The position numbers and the translations under genes were made by a program. From positions 1,516 through 65,515 of the forward strand of contig JBDHTL010000002.1 of NCBI GenBank assembly GCA_039808645.1: a stretch of DNA of 64,000 nt, written 5' to 3'. The stretch is from Rhodoblastus sp. Lineage in GTDB: Bacteria > Pseudomonadota > Alphaproteobacteria > Rhizobiales > Beijerinckiaceae. The number at the start of each line of letters is the position of its first letter. The stretch's first letter is position 1. The notes below the pieces were generated by a model. That model did no database searches. It was not told the DNA's origin and saw only the letters and a program-made list of their open reading frames with translations. Of this stretch, positions 9,291 through 18,698 are shown piece by piece.

Positions 9291-10118
9291 CTACATCAGA
9301 ACGCCGCCTCCGCAGACGAGGACCTGCCCACTGATGTAATTGGATTCCGGCGCGCAGAACAGATAGACGGCGTCGGCGGCTTCTTCCGGCGTGCCGGCGC
9401 GGCCGAGCGGAACCATGCGTTCGAGCGTCGCCAGAAGTTGCGGCTGCACGCCGACCTTGATCGCGCGTCCCTCCACGTCGATCGTCTTCTGCTCGGCCTC
9501 GATCGCCTGGGTCAGGCGCGTCTTGATCAAGCCGAAAGCGACGCAATTGACGTTGACCTTGTAGCGGCCCCATTCCTTGCAAAGCGTGCGCGTCATGCCG
9601 ACGAGCGCCGCCTTCGCCGAGGAATAGCTCACCTGTCCGGCATTGCCGTAAAGGCCCGCGATTGACGAGATATTCACGACCTTTCGGAACACTTCGCGGC
9701 CGGCCTCGGCGTCCTTCTTGGCGAGGATGCGGATCGGCTCGGAGGCCGCGCGCAGGATGCGGAACGGCGCGACCAGATGCACGTCCAGCATGGCCTGGAA
9801 CTGCTCGTCGGTCATCTTCTGGATCGTCGCGTCCCAGGTGTAGCCGGCGTTGTTGACGATGATGTCCAGGCCGCCAAGCTGTTCGACCGCGGCGTTGACG
9901 AACCGATCGGCGAATCCCTCGTCCATCACGCTGCCGTTGACGCAGACGGCCCTGCCGCCCATCGCCTGGATTTCCGCAGCGACTGCGCGACCTGGCTGTT
10001 CGTCGAGGTCGTTGACGACGACGCTGGCGCCTTCGCTCGCGAGCTTCAGCGCGATGGCGCGCCCGATGCCGCGGCCCGATCCCGAGACGAGGGCGACCTT
10101 GCCTTCCAGCTTTCTCAT
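9291..10118 (-). CDS. SDR, resembling the (3R)-hydroxyacyl-CoA dehydrogenase domain of multifunctional enzyme type 2
   Basis: GSGRGIGRAIA, VNNAGYTWD, and ISSIAGLYGNAGQVSYSSAKAAL. From memory, the spacing and flanks resemble the MFE-2/HSD17B4 dehydrogenase domain. Confidence 0.8.
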   Translation of the reverse strand: MRKLEGKVALVSGSGRGIGRAIALKLASEGASVVVNDLDEQPGRAVAAEIQAMGGRAVCVNGSVMDEGFADRFVNAAVEQLGGLDIIVNNAGYTWDATIQKMTDEQFQAMLDVHLVAPFRILRAASEPIRILAKKDAEAGREVFRKVVNISSIAGLYGNAGQVSYSSAKAALVGMTRTLCKEWGRYKVNVNCVAFGLIKTRLTQAIEAEQKTIDVEGRAIKVGVQPQLLATLERMVPLGRAGTPEEAADAVYLFCAPESNYISGQVLVCGGGVLM

Positions 10119-10136
10119 GTTCTCTCTTCCTTCAAG

Positions 10137-10553
10137 TCAGATCGCCACGACCGCTTCGCCGGCGAGCTTGGTCTCGCCGTTCTCGTCCTTCATGACGAGC
10201 GTGATGCGCGCGCGCTGCTCGCCGTCGGCGGTGAAGATTTCGGCAACCTCGCCATTGCAGGCGAGTTTGGCGCCGACCTGCGTGATGGCGGCGAACCGGG
10301 TCGAGAAGGAGCGGATCCGGTCGGGACGGACTGCGTCCGTCAATGCCTGCCCGAGATAGCCCATGACCAGCATGCCGTGCGTGAAGACGTCGGGGAACCC
10401 GGCTTTCTTCGCAAAGTCAATGTCGACATGGATCGGGTTGTGATCGCCGGAGGCGCCGCAATAGAGCGCGAGGCGGTGGCGCGAGATCGGCGGAAAGCTC
10501 TTGTGAACGATCGCCTGGCCGACGGCGATCGCCTGGGATGACGAGTTGGACAT
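10137..10553 (-). CDS. MaoC-like (R)-specific enoyl-CoA hydratase, catalytic hot-dog subunit
   Basis: Hydratase-2 motif YCGASGDHNPIHVDIDFA. 138 aa, single hot-dog size. Confidence 0.85.
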   Translation of the reverse strand: MSNSSSQAIAVGQAIVHKSFPPISRHRLALYCGASGDHNPIHVDIDFAKKAGFPDVFTHGMLVMGYLGQALTDAVRPDRIRSFSTRFAAITQVGAKLACNGEVAEIFTADGEQRARITLVMKDENGETKLAGEAVVAI

Positions 10554-10562
10554 GGCCGCCTC

Positions 10563-11006
10563 CTAGTTTCGCACGACGATCGAGCGGACGGTGTCTGCGA
10601 CATGCGCGCCGTCCTGGTTGACGACGCGCGTCTCGACCTCGATGATCGTCATGGCGCCGCCCTTCTTCTGCGCGACATCGCGCACGCGCGACTCGAAGGT
10701 CAGCGTGTCGCCGACCACGACGGGCGCGTGATAGGCGAAGCGCTGCTCCCCATGCAGGACGCGGCCTAGGTCGATCTTCAGGGTTTCGAGGAATTCGAAC
10801 GGCCTTTCCGAATCCATCATCTCGAGGCAGAAGAGGTAGGTCGGCGGGATCGGCGTCGCCACATAGCCGGCGGCCTTGGCGGCCGCGGGATCGCGATAGA
10901 CGGGATTGGTTTCGCCCAACGTCTCGAAGAAGTAGCGCAGGCGGCCCGGTTCGACGCGGGCCTTCACCGGCGTGAAGGTCACGCCCACGGCAGATTGGTC
11001 GACCAT
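10563..11006 (-). CDS. MaoC-N-terminal-like hot-dog protein (non-catalytic hydratase partner)
   Basis: 147 aa. FFETLGETNPVYRD region without the D-x-N-P-x-H catalytic motif. It sits directly upstream of the catalytic MaoC gene (9-nt gap), as in HadA/HadB and ChsH1/ChsH2 pairs. Confidence 0.75.
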   Translation of the reverse strand: MVDQSAVGVTFTPVKARVEPGRLRYFFETLGETNPVYRDPAAAKAAGYVATPIPPTYLFCLEMMDSERPFEFLETLKIDLGRVLHGEQRFAYHAPVVVGDTLTFESRVRDVAQKKGGAMTIIEVETRVVNQDGAHVADTVRSIVVRN

Positions 11007-11014
11007 GCGGCGCC

Positions 11015-12214
11015 TCAGTTCTTTTCGTACATGGTGACGACGCAGGCGCCGCCGAGCCCGAGATTGTGTTGGAGCGCATGCGAAAGGCCGCCGACCTGCG
11101 TGCCGCCGGCCGCGCCGCGCAATTGGCGCGTCAGTTCATAGCACTGCGCGAGGCCCGTGGCGCCGAGAGGGTGCCCCTTGGACAGGAGGCCGCCGGACGG
11201 ATTGGTGACGACGCGGCCGCCATAGGTGTTGTCGCCCTTGTCGACGAATTCTTCCGCGCCGCCTTCCGGGCAAAGGCCCAGCGCCTCGTAGGTGATGAGC
11301 TCGTTCTGGGCGAAGCAGTCGTGCAACTCGACGACGCCGATGTCGGCCGGCCCGACGCCCGCCTTCTCGTACACCTTCTGCGCGGCGGCCTTGGCCATGT
11401 CGTAGCCGACAACCTTCATCATGTCGTGGCTTTCGAAGGTGGACGGCGTGTCGGTGGTCATCGCCTGCGCGGAGATGCGCACGTCGGTACGCAGGCCCTT
11501 GCGCTTCGCGAATTCCTCCGACACGAGAATCGCCGCCGCGCCGCCGCAGGTCGGCGGGCAGGCCATCAGGCGCGTCATGACGCCCTGCCAGACCGCGGGC
11601 GAAGCCATCACCTCCTCCGCCGTCACTTCCTTGCGGAAGATCGCGAGTGGATTGTTCACCGCGTGGCGGCTCGCCTTGGCGCGCACCTTGGCGAAGGTCT
11701 CGAGCTTCGTGCCGTACTTCTTCATGTGGCTGAGGCCGGCGCCGCCGAAATAGCGGAGCGCGAGCGGAATCTCCTTCGCGTCGATGATTTCCTCGGCCGC
11801 TTTGTCGAACAGCTCGAACGGGCTCGGCCGGTCCTCGAAAATCGAGCCGAGCGCGCCAGGCCTCATCTGCTCGAAGCCGAGCGCGAGCACGCAATCGGCG
11901 GCGCCGGATTCGACGGCCTGACGCGCGAGAAACAGGGCCGTCGAGCCGGTCGAGCAATTGTTGTTCACGTTGACGACGGGAATGCCGGTCATTCCCAGCG
12001 GATAGATCGCGCGTTGGCCGGCCGTCGAGTCGCCGTAGACGTAGCCGGCGTAGGCCTGCTGCACGTCGGCGTAGTCGATGCCGGCGTCCTGCAGCGCAAG
12101 ACGGGCCGCGGCCTCGCCCATCTCGTTATAGGGCGCGCTCGCCCCGGGCTTGGCGAAGGGGATCATCCCGACGCCGGCGACTAGAACCTTCTGGCCCATG
12201 CGATCCTCCGACAT
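11015..12214 (-). CDS. SCP-x-type thiolase (non-specific lipid-transfer-protein thiolase domain)
   Basis: [36 protein letters not shown] closely parallels the SCPx thiolase active-site region, including the nucleophilic Cys. 399 aa. First gene of the minus-strand operon. Confidence 0.88.
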   Translation of the reverse strand: MSEDRMGQKVLVAGVGMIPFAKPGASAPYNEMGEAAARLALQDAGIDYADVQQAYAGYVYGDSTAGQRAIYPLGMTGIPVVNVNNNCSTGSTALFLARQAVESGAADCVLALGFEQMRPGALGSIFEDRPSPFELFDKAAEEIIDAKEIPLALRYFGGAGLSHMKKYGTKLETFAKVRAKASRHAVNNPLAIFRKEVTAEEVMASPAVWQGVMTRLMACPPTCGGAAAILVSEEFAKRKGLRTDVRISAQAMTTDTPSTFESHDMMKVVGYDMAKAAAQKVYEKAGVGPADIGVVELHDCFAQNELITYEALGLCPEGGAEEFVDKGDNTYGGRVVTNPSGGLLSKGHPLGATGLAQCYELTRQLRGAAGGTQVGGLSHALQHNLGLGGACVVTMYEKN

Positions 12215-12406
12215 TTCCTGCTGGACTTTATCTGACCCACGGGTAATTTACGGGGAGCAGCGCCCTTGTCAACCGCGAAGGCCGCCCCGGCCGCGCGCGG
12301 CGAAGTCGGCCAAAGACGAAAGGATATCCGCGGGCAGAAGACACGCCATCGGCGCAACCAGCCAGCCAGCGACACGACAAACGAAAAGACCGTAGGGAAG
12401 GAAGGG

Positions 12407-13603
12407 ATGAAGACCACACGCCACAGCCTCGCGCTTGCCAGCGCATTGGTTCTCGCGACGGCGCCCCTCGCGACAGCCGGGACCTACAGCGTCGGAGCAT
12501 CCGACGCCGAAATCCGCATCGGCCACACGACCGCCTACAGCGGGCCCGTCTCCGCATTCGGCGCGGGCGGCAGGACACTGCAGGCCTTCTTCCGAATGGT
12601 GAACGAGGCCGGCGGCATTCGCGGGCGCAAAGTTCAGATCATCTCCCTCGACGACGGCTACAGCCCGCCCAAGGCGCTCGAACAGACGCGCAGGCTGGTG
12701 GAGAGCGACAACGTGCTGGCGATCTTCGGCGTGTCCGGTTCGCCCACCAATGCAGCGACGCAGAAATATCTCAACGGTAAGGGCGTGCCGCAGATCCTGA
12801 TCTCGACCGGCGCCTCGCGTTTCAACGAGCCAAGGGCCTTTCCGTGGACGATGCCGTTCTGGCCGGCCTACACGCTCGAGCAGAAGACCTACGTCGACTA
12901 CATTCTCAAGACGAAGCCGGATGCGAGGATCGGAATCCTCTACGCCAACGACGACTATGGCAAGGATCACCTCGGCGGCGTGAAGGCGGCGCTCGCGGAG
13001 AACCCGAGCGCCAGGGCTTCCATCGTCGCGGAAATTCCGTACGAAACCTCGGATGCGACCATCGACTCGCAGATCGTGAACCTGAAGGCCTCGGGCGCCG
13101 ACGTGCTGATCAGCGCGACGACGCCGAAGTTTGCGGCGCAGGCGATCCGGAAGGCGCGCGAACTCAACTGGAAGCCGCTGCAGTTCGTCGCCAATGCCTC
13201 GAGTTCGATCGCGACTGTGCTGACGCCGGCGGGTCTCGACAATTCGGTCGGGGTGGTCACCGCCGCATTCCTGAAAGCGCTCGGCGACCCGGCGTGGGCG
13301 GGCGACAAGGACATCGCGGCCTATTACGAGTTCATGAAAAAGTGGAATCCGCAGGACAACCCGCAAGATTTCTACGCCATCGTCTCCTACGTGAACGCCA
13401 ACATGCTGAAACACGTGCTGGAAAAGTGCGGCGACGATCTCACGCGGGAGAACCTGATGAAGCAGGTCGCGGATATTCACGGCGTGCACCTGCCGCTGCA
13501 CCTGCCCACGATCGTCTTGAAGACGAGCCCGGCCGATTTCGCCGCGTTCAAGACGCTGCAACTGCAACGCTTCGACGGCGCGCGCTGGGTCGATCTCGAC
13601 TGA
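12407..13603 (+). CDS. ABC substrate-binding protein (LivJ-like) with no adjacent permease genes
   Basis: ATG 12407 is preceded by GGAAGGAAGGG. Signal peptide MKTTRHSLALASALVLATAPLATAG. Body resembles Peripla_BP_6. The N-terminal 47 codons of the track ORF are Arg-rich non-coding. Confidence 0.9.
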   Translation: MKTTRHSLALASALVLATAPLATAGTYSVGASDAEIRIGHTTAYSGPVSAFGAGGRTLQAFFRMVNEAGGIRGRKVQIISLDDGYSPPKALEQTRRLVESDNVLAIFGVSGSPTNAATQKYLNGKGVPQILISTGASRFNEPRAFPWTMPFWPAYTLEQKTYVDYILKTKPDARIGILYANDDYGKDHLGGVKAALAENPSARASIVAEIPYETSDATIDSQIVNLKASGADVLISATTPKFAAQAIRKARELNWKPLQFVANASSSIATVLTPAGLDNSVGVVTAAFLKALGDPAWAGDKDIAAYYEFMKKWNPQDNPQDFYAIVSYVNANMLKHVLEKCGDDLTRENLMKQVADIHGVHLPLHLPTIVLKTSPADFAAFKTLQLQRFDGARWVDLD

Positions 13604-13634
13604 CGGCGTCCGGACAAGAGGGAGAAAAGGGAAG

Positions 13635-15200
13635 ATGAGCACCACCTATGGCCTGCATCGCGCACTGCTGCTGAACGGCAAGGGCGTCGCCATCAGCTTC
13701 GAGCAACGCAGCCGGACCTGGGAGGAGGTCGGCGACCGCGTCGCGCGCCTGGCGGGCGCGCTGCGCGGGCTCGGCGTCGGCAAGGGCGATCGCATCGCCG
13801 TGCTGATGCTGAACCAGGACCGCTATATCGAACTCTACATGGCGGTCGCCTGGGCCGGCGCGGTGATCGTGCCGCTCAACATCCGCTGGAGCGCGCTCGA
13901 GAACGAGGATGCGGTCCGCGACTGCCGGCCCAAGGCGCTGGTCGTCGACGCCGCCTTCGCCGCAATGGGCGCGGAAATCGCAGGCAAGGCCGGCGGCCTA
14001 AGTCTCGTTTACGCCGACGATGCGGCCAACCCGATCGCTTCCGCAGGCGCCCTCGACTACGAGGGAATGATCGCTGCGGCGGCCCCGATCGAGGACCAGA
14101 ACGCCGGCGACGACGACCTCGCCGGCATCTTCTACACCGGCGGCACGACCGGCCGGTCCAAGGGCGTCATGCTCAGCCACCGCAACCTGATGAGCAATGC
14201 GCGCAACATGGCGGGCGAGGGCCTCGCCTCGCAGGGCGGCACGTATCTGCATGTCGCGCCGATGTTCCATCTCGCGAACGCCGCGGCGATGTACCTGCAT
14301 TTCCTCGTCGCCAATTCGCACGCGGTCGTGCGGATGTTCACGCCGGACGCCGCCGCACAGGCGATCGAAAAGTTCAAGGTCACCGAGACGCTGCTCGTGC
14401 CGACCATGATCCAGATGACGGTCGACCATCCCGAACTCGGAAAGTACGATCTTTCCTCGCTGCGCTCGGTCCTCTACGGCGCCTCGGTCATCAGCGAGGC
14501 GGTCATGGACCGCGCGATGGCGAAACTGCCGAGCACGCAATTCTTCCAGGCCTACGGCATGACCGAGCTGTCGCCCTGCGCAACCATCCTGCCGTGGCGC
14601 GACCACATCGGCGAAGGCCGCGCGAAGGGTCGGCATCGCGGCGCGGGGCGGCCGACCTTCATGGTCGACGTGCGCATCGTCGACGCGGAGGACAGGCCGG
14701 TTCCCTCCGGCGTGGTCGGCGAGATCTGCGCGCGCGGCGAGACCGTCATGATGGGCTACTGGGAGAAGCCGGAGGAGACCGCGAAGGCCGTCGTCGACGG
14801 CTGGATGCACACCGGCGATGGCGGCTACATGGACAAGGACGGCTATGTCTACGTCGTCGACCGCATCAAGGACATGATCATTTCCGGCGGCGAGAACATC
14901 TATTCGGCAGAGGTGGAGAACTGCATCGCGCAGCATCCGGCCGTGGCGCAATGCGCGGTGATCGGCATTCCGCACGAGCGCTGGGGAGAGACGGTCCACG
15001 CGGTCGTCATGCGCAAGCCGGGCGCCGCGGTCACGGCGGACGAACTCATCGCCTTCTGCAAGGAGCGCATCGCCGGCTACAAGTGCCCGCGAAGCGTCAA
15101 GATCCAGGACGAACCGCTGCCCCTGTCGGGCGCCGGCAAGATCCTGAAGCGCGACCTGCGGGCGCCCTACTGGGAAGGCAAGCAGCGCGCGGTCAACTGA
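13635..15200 (+). CDS. AMP-dependent acyl-CoA synthetase/ligase (paralog of 7623-9179)
   Basis: YTGGTTGRSKGV, AYGMTE, and HTGDGGYMDKDGYVYVVDRIKDMIISGGENIY. The C-terminus RAPYWEGKQRAVN mirrors RAPFWTDRTRQVN of the other ligase. RBS GAGGGAGAAAAGGGAAG. Confidence 0.9.
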   Translation: MSTTYGLHRALLLNGKGVAISFEQRSRTWEEVGDRVARLAGALRGLGVGKGDRIAVLMLNQDRYIELYMAVAWAGAVIVPLNIRWSALENEDAVRDCRPKALVVDAAFAAMGAEIAGKAGGLSLVYADDAANPIASAGALDYEGMIAAAAPIEDQNAGDDDLAGIFYTGGTTGRSKGVMLSHRNLMSNARNMAGEGLASQGGTYLHVAPMFHLANAAAMYLHFLVANSHAVVRMFTPDAAAQAIEKFKVTETLLVPTMIQMTVDHPELGKYDLSSLRSVLYGASVISEAVMDRAMAKLPSTQFFQAYGMTELSPCATILPWRDHIGEGRAKGRHRGAGRPTFMVDVRIVDAEDRPVPSGVVGEICARGETVMMGYWEKPEETAKAVVDGWMHTGDGGYMDKDGYVYVVDRIKDMIISGGENIYSAEVENCIAQHPAVAQCAVIGIPHERWGETVHAVVMRKPGAAVTADELIAFCKERIAGYKCPRSVKIQDEPLPLSGAGKILKRDLRAPYWEGKQRAVN

Positions 15201-15217
15201 CAAGCGGAAGGAAGAGG

Positions 15218-16789
15218 ATGATGGGAGCGCCAAGGACGAGCGTTGCAGACCGTGCGCTGGGCAAGATGGTGGTGGGCGGCATATTGACCACGGCGGCGCG
15301 ACGCTTTCGCGATCGCGAGGCGATCTATTGCGTCGGCACGGGCCGACGCTTCAGCTTCCGGCAGGTCAACGCGCGCTGCAATCGTCTCGCGCACGGGCTG
15401 AGCGGTCTCGGCTTCTCAAAGCCGGACGTGGTCGCCTTCCTGTGCAGCAACCGCGCGGAATTGCCGGAGATCTATTTCGCGCTCGCCAAGCTCGGCCTGG
15501 TCGGCATTCCGCTCAACTACCGCCTGGCGCCGGCCGAGATCGTCGCGCTGATGAAGGCGATGGGCGCGAAGGGCATGATATACGAGACGCGCTTCGCCGG
15601 CGCCGCGGAGCAGGCGAGGGCGCATCTGCGGATCGAGCGGTTCGTCGCGATCGGCGATGCGGCGCCCGACTGGGCGATCGCTTACGAGGACCTGCTGGCG
15701 CGCTCTGCGGATAGCGAGCCCGACGTCGTGGTCGAGGAGCACGATCCCTTCTACTTCAACCTCACATCCGGCACGACCGGCCTGCCCAAGTCCTATGTTC
15801 TGACGCATCTGAACAATGCCGTGATCGGGCAGATGTTCGAGTGCTACGACATGTCGCGCAACGACGTGATCATGACGGTCTTCCCCGCGTTCGGCCGCGT
15901 CGGCTACGCCTGGATCGCGGCGGGCCTGCTGTTCGGGGCGCGCAACGTGATCATGGACTTCCATCCCTGCGAGTTTCTCCGCCTGGTCGAGCAGGAGCGC
16001 GCGACGCTGCTCAATCTCGTCGCGACGATGGCGGCGATGGCGCTTGCCGAACCGACATTGAGGCAGCGCGACCTCTCGTCGCTGCGCGGGCTCGTGTTCG
16101 CCGGCTCCATGTTTCCCGCGCCCTTGCGCGAGAAGGTGCAGGCGCATCTCTGCCCGCATATCTACGAATATTACGGGATGCAGGAAACCGGCGCCCTGAC
16201 CATATCGACGCCGGACGACCGCAAGTTCAGGCCGGAGTCGATCGGCGCCCCCATGGCCTTCGCCGATGTCCGGATCGAGCGGCCGGACGGCAGCATCGCC
16301 GGCCCGAACGAACTCGGCGAGATCGTCGGCCGTTCGCCGGCCACCGTCACCGGATATTTCGAGAATCCGGAGAAGTCGGCGGAGACCTTTCGAGGCGGCT
16401 ACGTGCATACCGGCGATCTCGGCCTGATGGATGAAGAGGGCTTCGTCTTCATCAAGGGACGCCTGAAGGACATGATCATCACCGGCGGACAGAACGTCCA
16501 CGCCGCCGAAGTCGAGGAGACGCTGCTGGCGATTCCCGGCGTCGCCGATTGCGCGGTGTTCGGTCTGCCCGACGAGATGTGGGGCGAGCGCGTTTCCGCG
16601 CTGATCGTGCGGGACAAGGCGAAGGGCGAGGCGACCGCGCAATCCGTCGACGCTTACTGCCGCGAACGGCTCGCCGGCTTCAAGATCCCGCGCACGATCC
16701 TGTTCGACGAGGAGCCGCTGCCGCGCACGCCGACCGGCAAGGTGCAGAAATTCCTGCTGGTCGAGCGGTTCTCGGGCGACAAGCGGTGA
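15218..16789 (+). CDS. AMP-dependent acyl-CoA synthetase/ligase (second, more divergent)
   Basis: LTSGTTGLPKSY, YYGMQETG, and HTGDLGLMDEEGFVFIKGRLKDMIITGGQNVH. Start ATG 15218 follows GGAAGGAAGAGG. The upstream part of the track ORF overlaps the previous gene out of frame. Confidence 0.9.
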   Translation: MMGAPRTSVADRALGKMVVGGILTTAARRFRDREAIYCVGTGRRFSFRQVNARCNRLAHGLSGLGFSKPDVVAFLCSNRAELPEIYFALAKLGLVGIPLNYRLAPAEIVALMKAMGAKGMIYETRFAGAAEQARAHLRIERFVAIGDAAPDWAIAYEDLLARSADSEPDVVVEEHDPFYFNLTSGTTGLPKSYVLTHLNNAVIGQMFECYDMSRNDVIMTVFPAFGRVGYAWIAAGLLFGARNVIMDFHPCEFLRLVEQERATLLNLVATMAAMALAEPTLRQRDLSSLRGLVFAGSMFPAPLREKVQAHLCPHIYEYYGMQETGALTISTPDDRKFRPESIGAPMAFADVRIERPDGSIAGPNELGEIVGRSPATVTGYFENPEKSAETFRGGYVHTGDLGLMDEEGFVFIKGRLKDMIITGGQNVHAAEVEETLLAIPGVADCAVFGLPDEMWGERVSALIVRDKAKGEATAQSVDAYCRERLAGFKIPRTILFDEEPLPRTPTGKVQKFLLVERFSGDKR

Positions 16790-16864
16790 GGCCGCGTCGG
16801 CGGCGGCCTTGACCTGCGGCCGGCGAGGCAACATCGATCTCTTGAAGGATATCGAGGTGAGTCG

Positions 16865-17590
16865 ATGAGCGCAAAGCGCGCGCAAGTGTCGCCTTGGGCG
16901 CCGTTCGAGGACCGGCGGCGCGCGCGGGACGAGAAGAAGCACGCGGTCCTGCGCATGGCCGCGCAGCTTTTTCTCGACGTCGGCTATCACCGCGCGACCC
17001 TCACCGACGTGGCGACCCGGCTGAACATCACCAAGCCGGCGCTGTACAATTATTTCCGCAGCAAGGAAGAGATCCTCGACGAGTGCTACCGACTCGGTCA
17101 GCAGTTGGCCGAAGATACGATCGCCGAAATCGACGAGGAAGGCGGCGACGGCCTGACCCGGCTGCGCAAGCTGATCCGCGCCTATGCGCTGCTGATGACG
17201 ATCGATTTCGGCATGTGCCTCGTCCGCCTCGACGATCGGGAATTGTCGGAGGAGGCGCATCTTCGCGTGCGCGCCGAGAAGCGGCAGGACGATCTCGCCT
17301 TCCGCAGGTATATCGAGGCAGGCGTGGCCGACGGCTCGATCGTCGCGCGCGACCCCAAGCTCGCCGCCTTCGCAGTCGCGGGCTCCTTGAACTGGATCGG
17401 TCACTGGTACAGGGAGGGCGGCGCATATTCGGCCGAGGAGATCGCGGATCATTTCGCGGACCTGCTGACTGCCGGCCTCGCCGCCCGACGCGTTCGTCCG
17501 CGTCCCCGAACCGACAATCGCGCTACAGCAAAGTCGCGCAAGGAGAAGGCTGTCCGCGCAAAGCCGGCTCTCGGGAAAAAGAGCGGCTAG
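16865..17590 (+). CDS. TetR-family transcriptional regulator
   Basis: HTH region GYHRATLTDVATRLNITKPALYNYFRSKEEIL. 241 aa with a basic C-terminal tail. Confidence 0.9.
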   Translation: MSAKRAQVSPWAPFEDRRRARDEKKHAVLRMAAQLFLDVGYHRATLTDVATRLNITKPALYNYFRSKEEILDECYRLGQQLAEDTIAEIDEEGGDGLTRLRKLIRAYALLMTIDFGMCLVRLDDRELSEEAHLRVRAEKRQDDLAFRRYIEAGVADGSIVARDPKLAAFAVAGSLNWIGHWYREGGAYSAEEIADHFADLLTAGLAARRVRPRPRTDNRATAKSRKEKAVRAKPALGKKSG

Positions 17591-17622
17591 ATCGGGATGA
17601 TTTTCGGCGGTTTCATCGAGCC

Positions 17623-17777
17623 GTCATTGCGAGCCAACGGGTCGCGCCGAAGGCGCGCCCGATGACAGGCTCTGCGAAGCAATCCATCCGGATGACTTCG
17701 ATCATGATCCGTGGATGGATTGCCGCGTCGCTACAGGTGAAACCGCGTCGCGGCCTCACCGGAGCTCCTCGCAATGA
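17623..17777. repeat. Nested imperfect palindromic intergenic element (REP-like)
   Basis: Outer arms are cattgcgag (17625-17633) and ctcgcaatg (17768-17776), perfect 9 bp. Inner arms are gcaatccatcc (17679-17689) and ggatggattgc (17713-17723), perfect 11 bp and extendable with a 2-nt bulge. From memory, this resembles the cattgcgag...gcaatcc repeats common in Bradyrhizobiaceae. Confidence 0.5.
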
Positions 17778-17848
17778 GGGCCTTTCGCGCTGGTGACGCG
17801 GATGGGTCGGGCCGCGGCTCGCCGCTTTTCTGCATCGCACAATAGTCT

Positions 17849-17861
17849 GATGTTAAACATC
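17849..17861. promoter_or_regulatory. Palindrome GATGTT-A-AACATC upstream of the GntR gene; candidate GntR/FadR operator
   Basis: Perfect 6+1+6 dyad in an AT-richer patch about 80 nt upstream of ATG 17943. It contains a GT...AC core. Confidence 0.35.
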
Positions 17862-17942
17862 CGATCATTGCGTCGATTCCGGATATGCTGTTACGATCGG
17901 TCGAAACACGCTCACGGGGCGCTCTTGAAAAGGACCCTCACG

Positions 17943-18698
17943 ATGCAAGTCGCTCGGGGGAGCAAGCCGGGCCGTATCCAGGCGGTTCTCTCCACGTTGG
18001 GTCGGGAAATCGCGCAGGCCGTCATCCCGGAAGGGGCGGCTCTGCCGCCCGAACATGATCTCGAGATGCGGTTCGACGCGAGTCGCGGCGTCATTCGGGA
18101 GGCCATCAAGTCGCTGGCGGCCAAGGGGCTCGTTCAGGTGCGTCCGCGCCACGGAACGCACGTGCGCGCGCGCCGCGAATGGAGCCTCCTGGACCGTGAT
18201 GTCCTGATGTGGCTGCTGGGGGATGGCGCGCCCGACCGGGGCCTGCTTCTCTCAATCCAGGAGGTGCGGTCGGTCATCGAGCCTGCGGCCGCGGCGTTCG
18301 CCGCCGAGCGCGCAACGAAGATCGATCGAGAGCGGATCAATGCGGCCCTTGTCGCGATGGAAACGTCGCACGACCAGGACAGCGCGACCGCCGCGGACAA
18401 AGCGTTCCATCTCGCGATCCTCGACGCCACCCACAACCCCATCCTTCAGGGTTTTCGTGGCGCCATCGACACGATCCTCGGCGCGGTCTTCCTCGTCGCC
18501 ATCGGCGCCGAGAGCTGGTTCGACGAGAATCTCGCCAATCATGCGTCCGTCGCGCGCGCGATCGACGATGGCGACGCCAGGAAGGCCAGCGCCGCGATGG
18601 AGAGAGTTCTCGGCTTTACGCGGGAAAAATTGTCGAAGGCCAAAGTCGCGCCGTCCCGCCGTACGCCGGCAAGGCCCAAGAGGATGCGCAATGTATAG
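17943..18698 (+). CDS. GntR-family (FadR/FCD-type) transcriptional regulator
   Basis: LPPEHDLEMRFDASRGVIREAIKSLAAKGLVQVRPRHGTHV is the GntR wHTH, followed by a helical FCD-like domain. Start ATG 17943 (MQVARGS). Confidence 0.85.
   Translation: MQVARGSKPGRIQAVLSTLGREIAQAVIPEGAALPPEHDLEMRFDASRGVIREAIKSLAAKGLVQVRPRHGTHVRARREWSLLDRDVLMWLLGDGAPDRGLLLSIQEVRSVIEPAAAAFAAERATKIDRERINAALVAMETSHDQDSATAADKAFHLAILDATHNPILQGFRGAIDTILGAVFLVAIGAESWFDENLANHASVARAIDDGDARKASAAMERVLGFTREKLSKAKVAPSRRTPARPKRMRNV

Noticed and set aside
17613-17840. 75-aa minus-strand ORF in the TetR-GntR gap
   Set aside because: It is encoded entirely by the palindromic repeat element. There is no RBS, and its composition is typical of spurious ORFs generated by such repeats.
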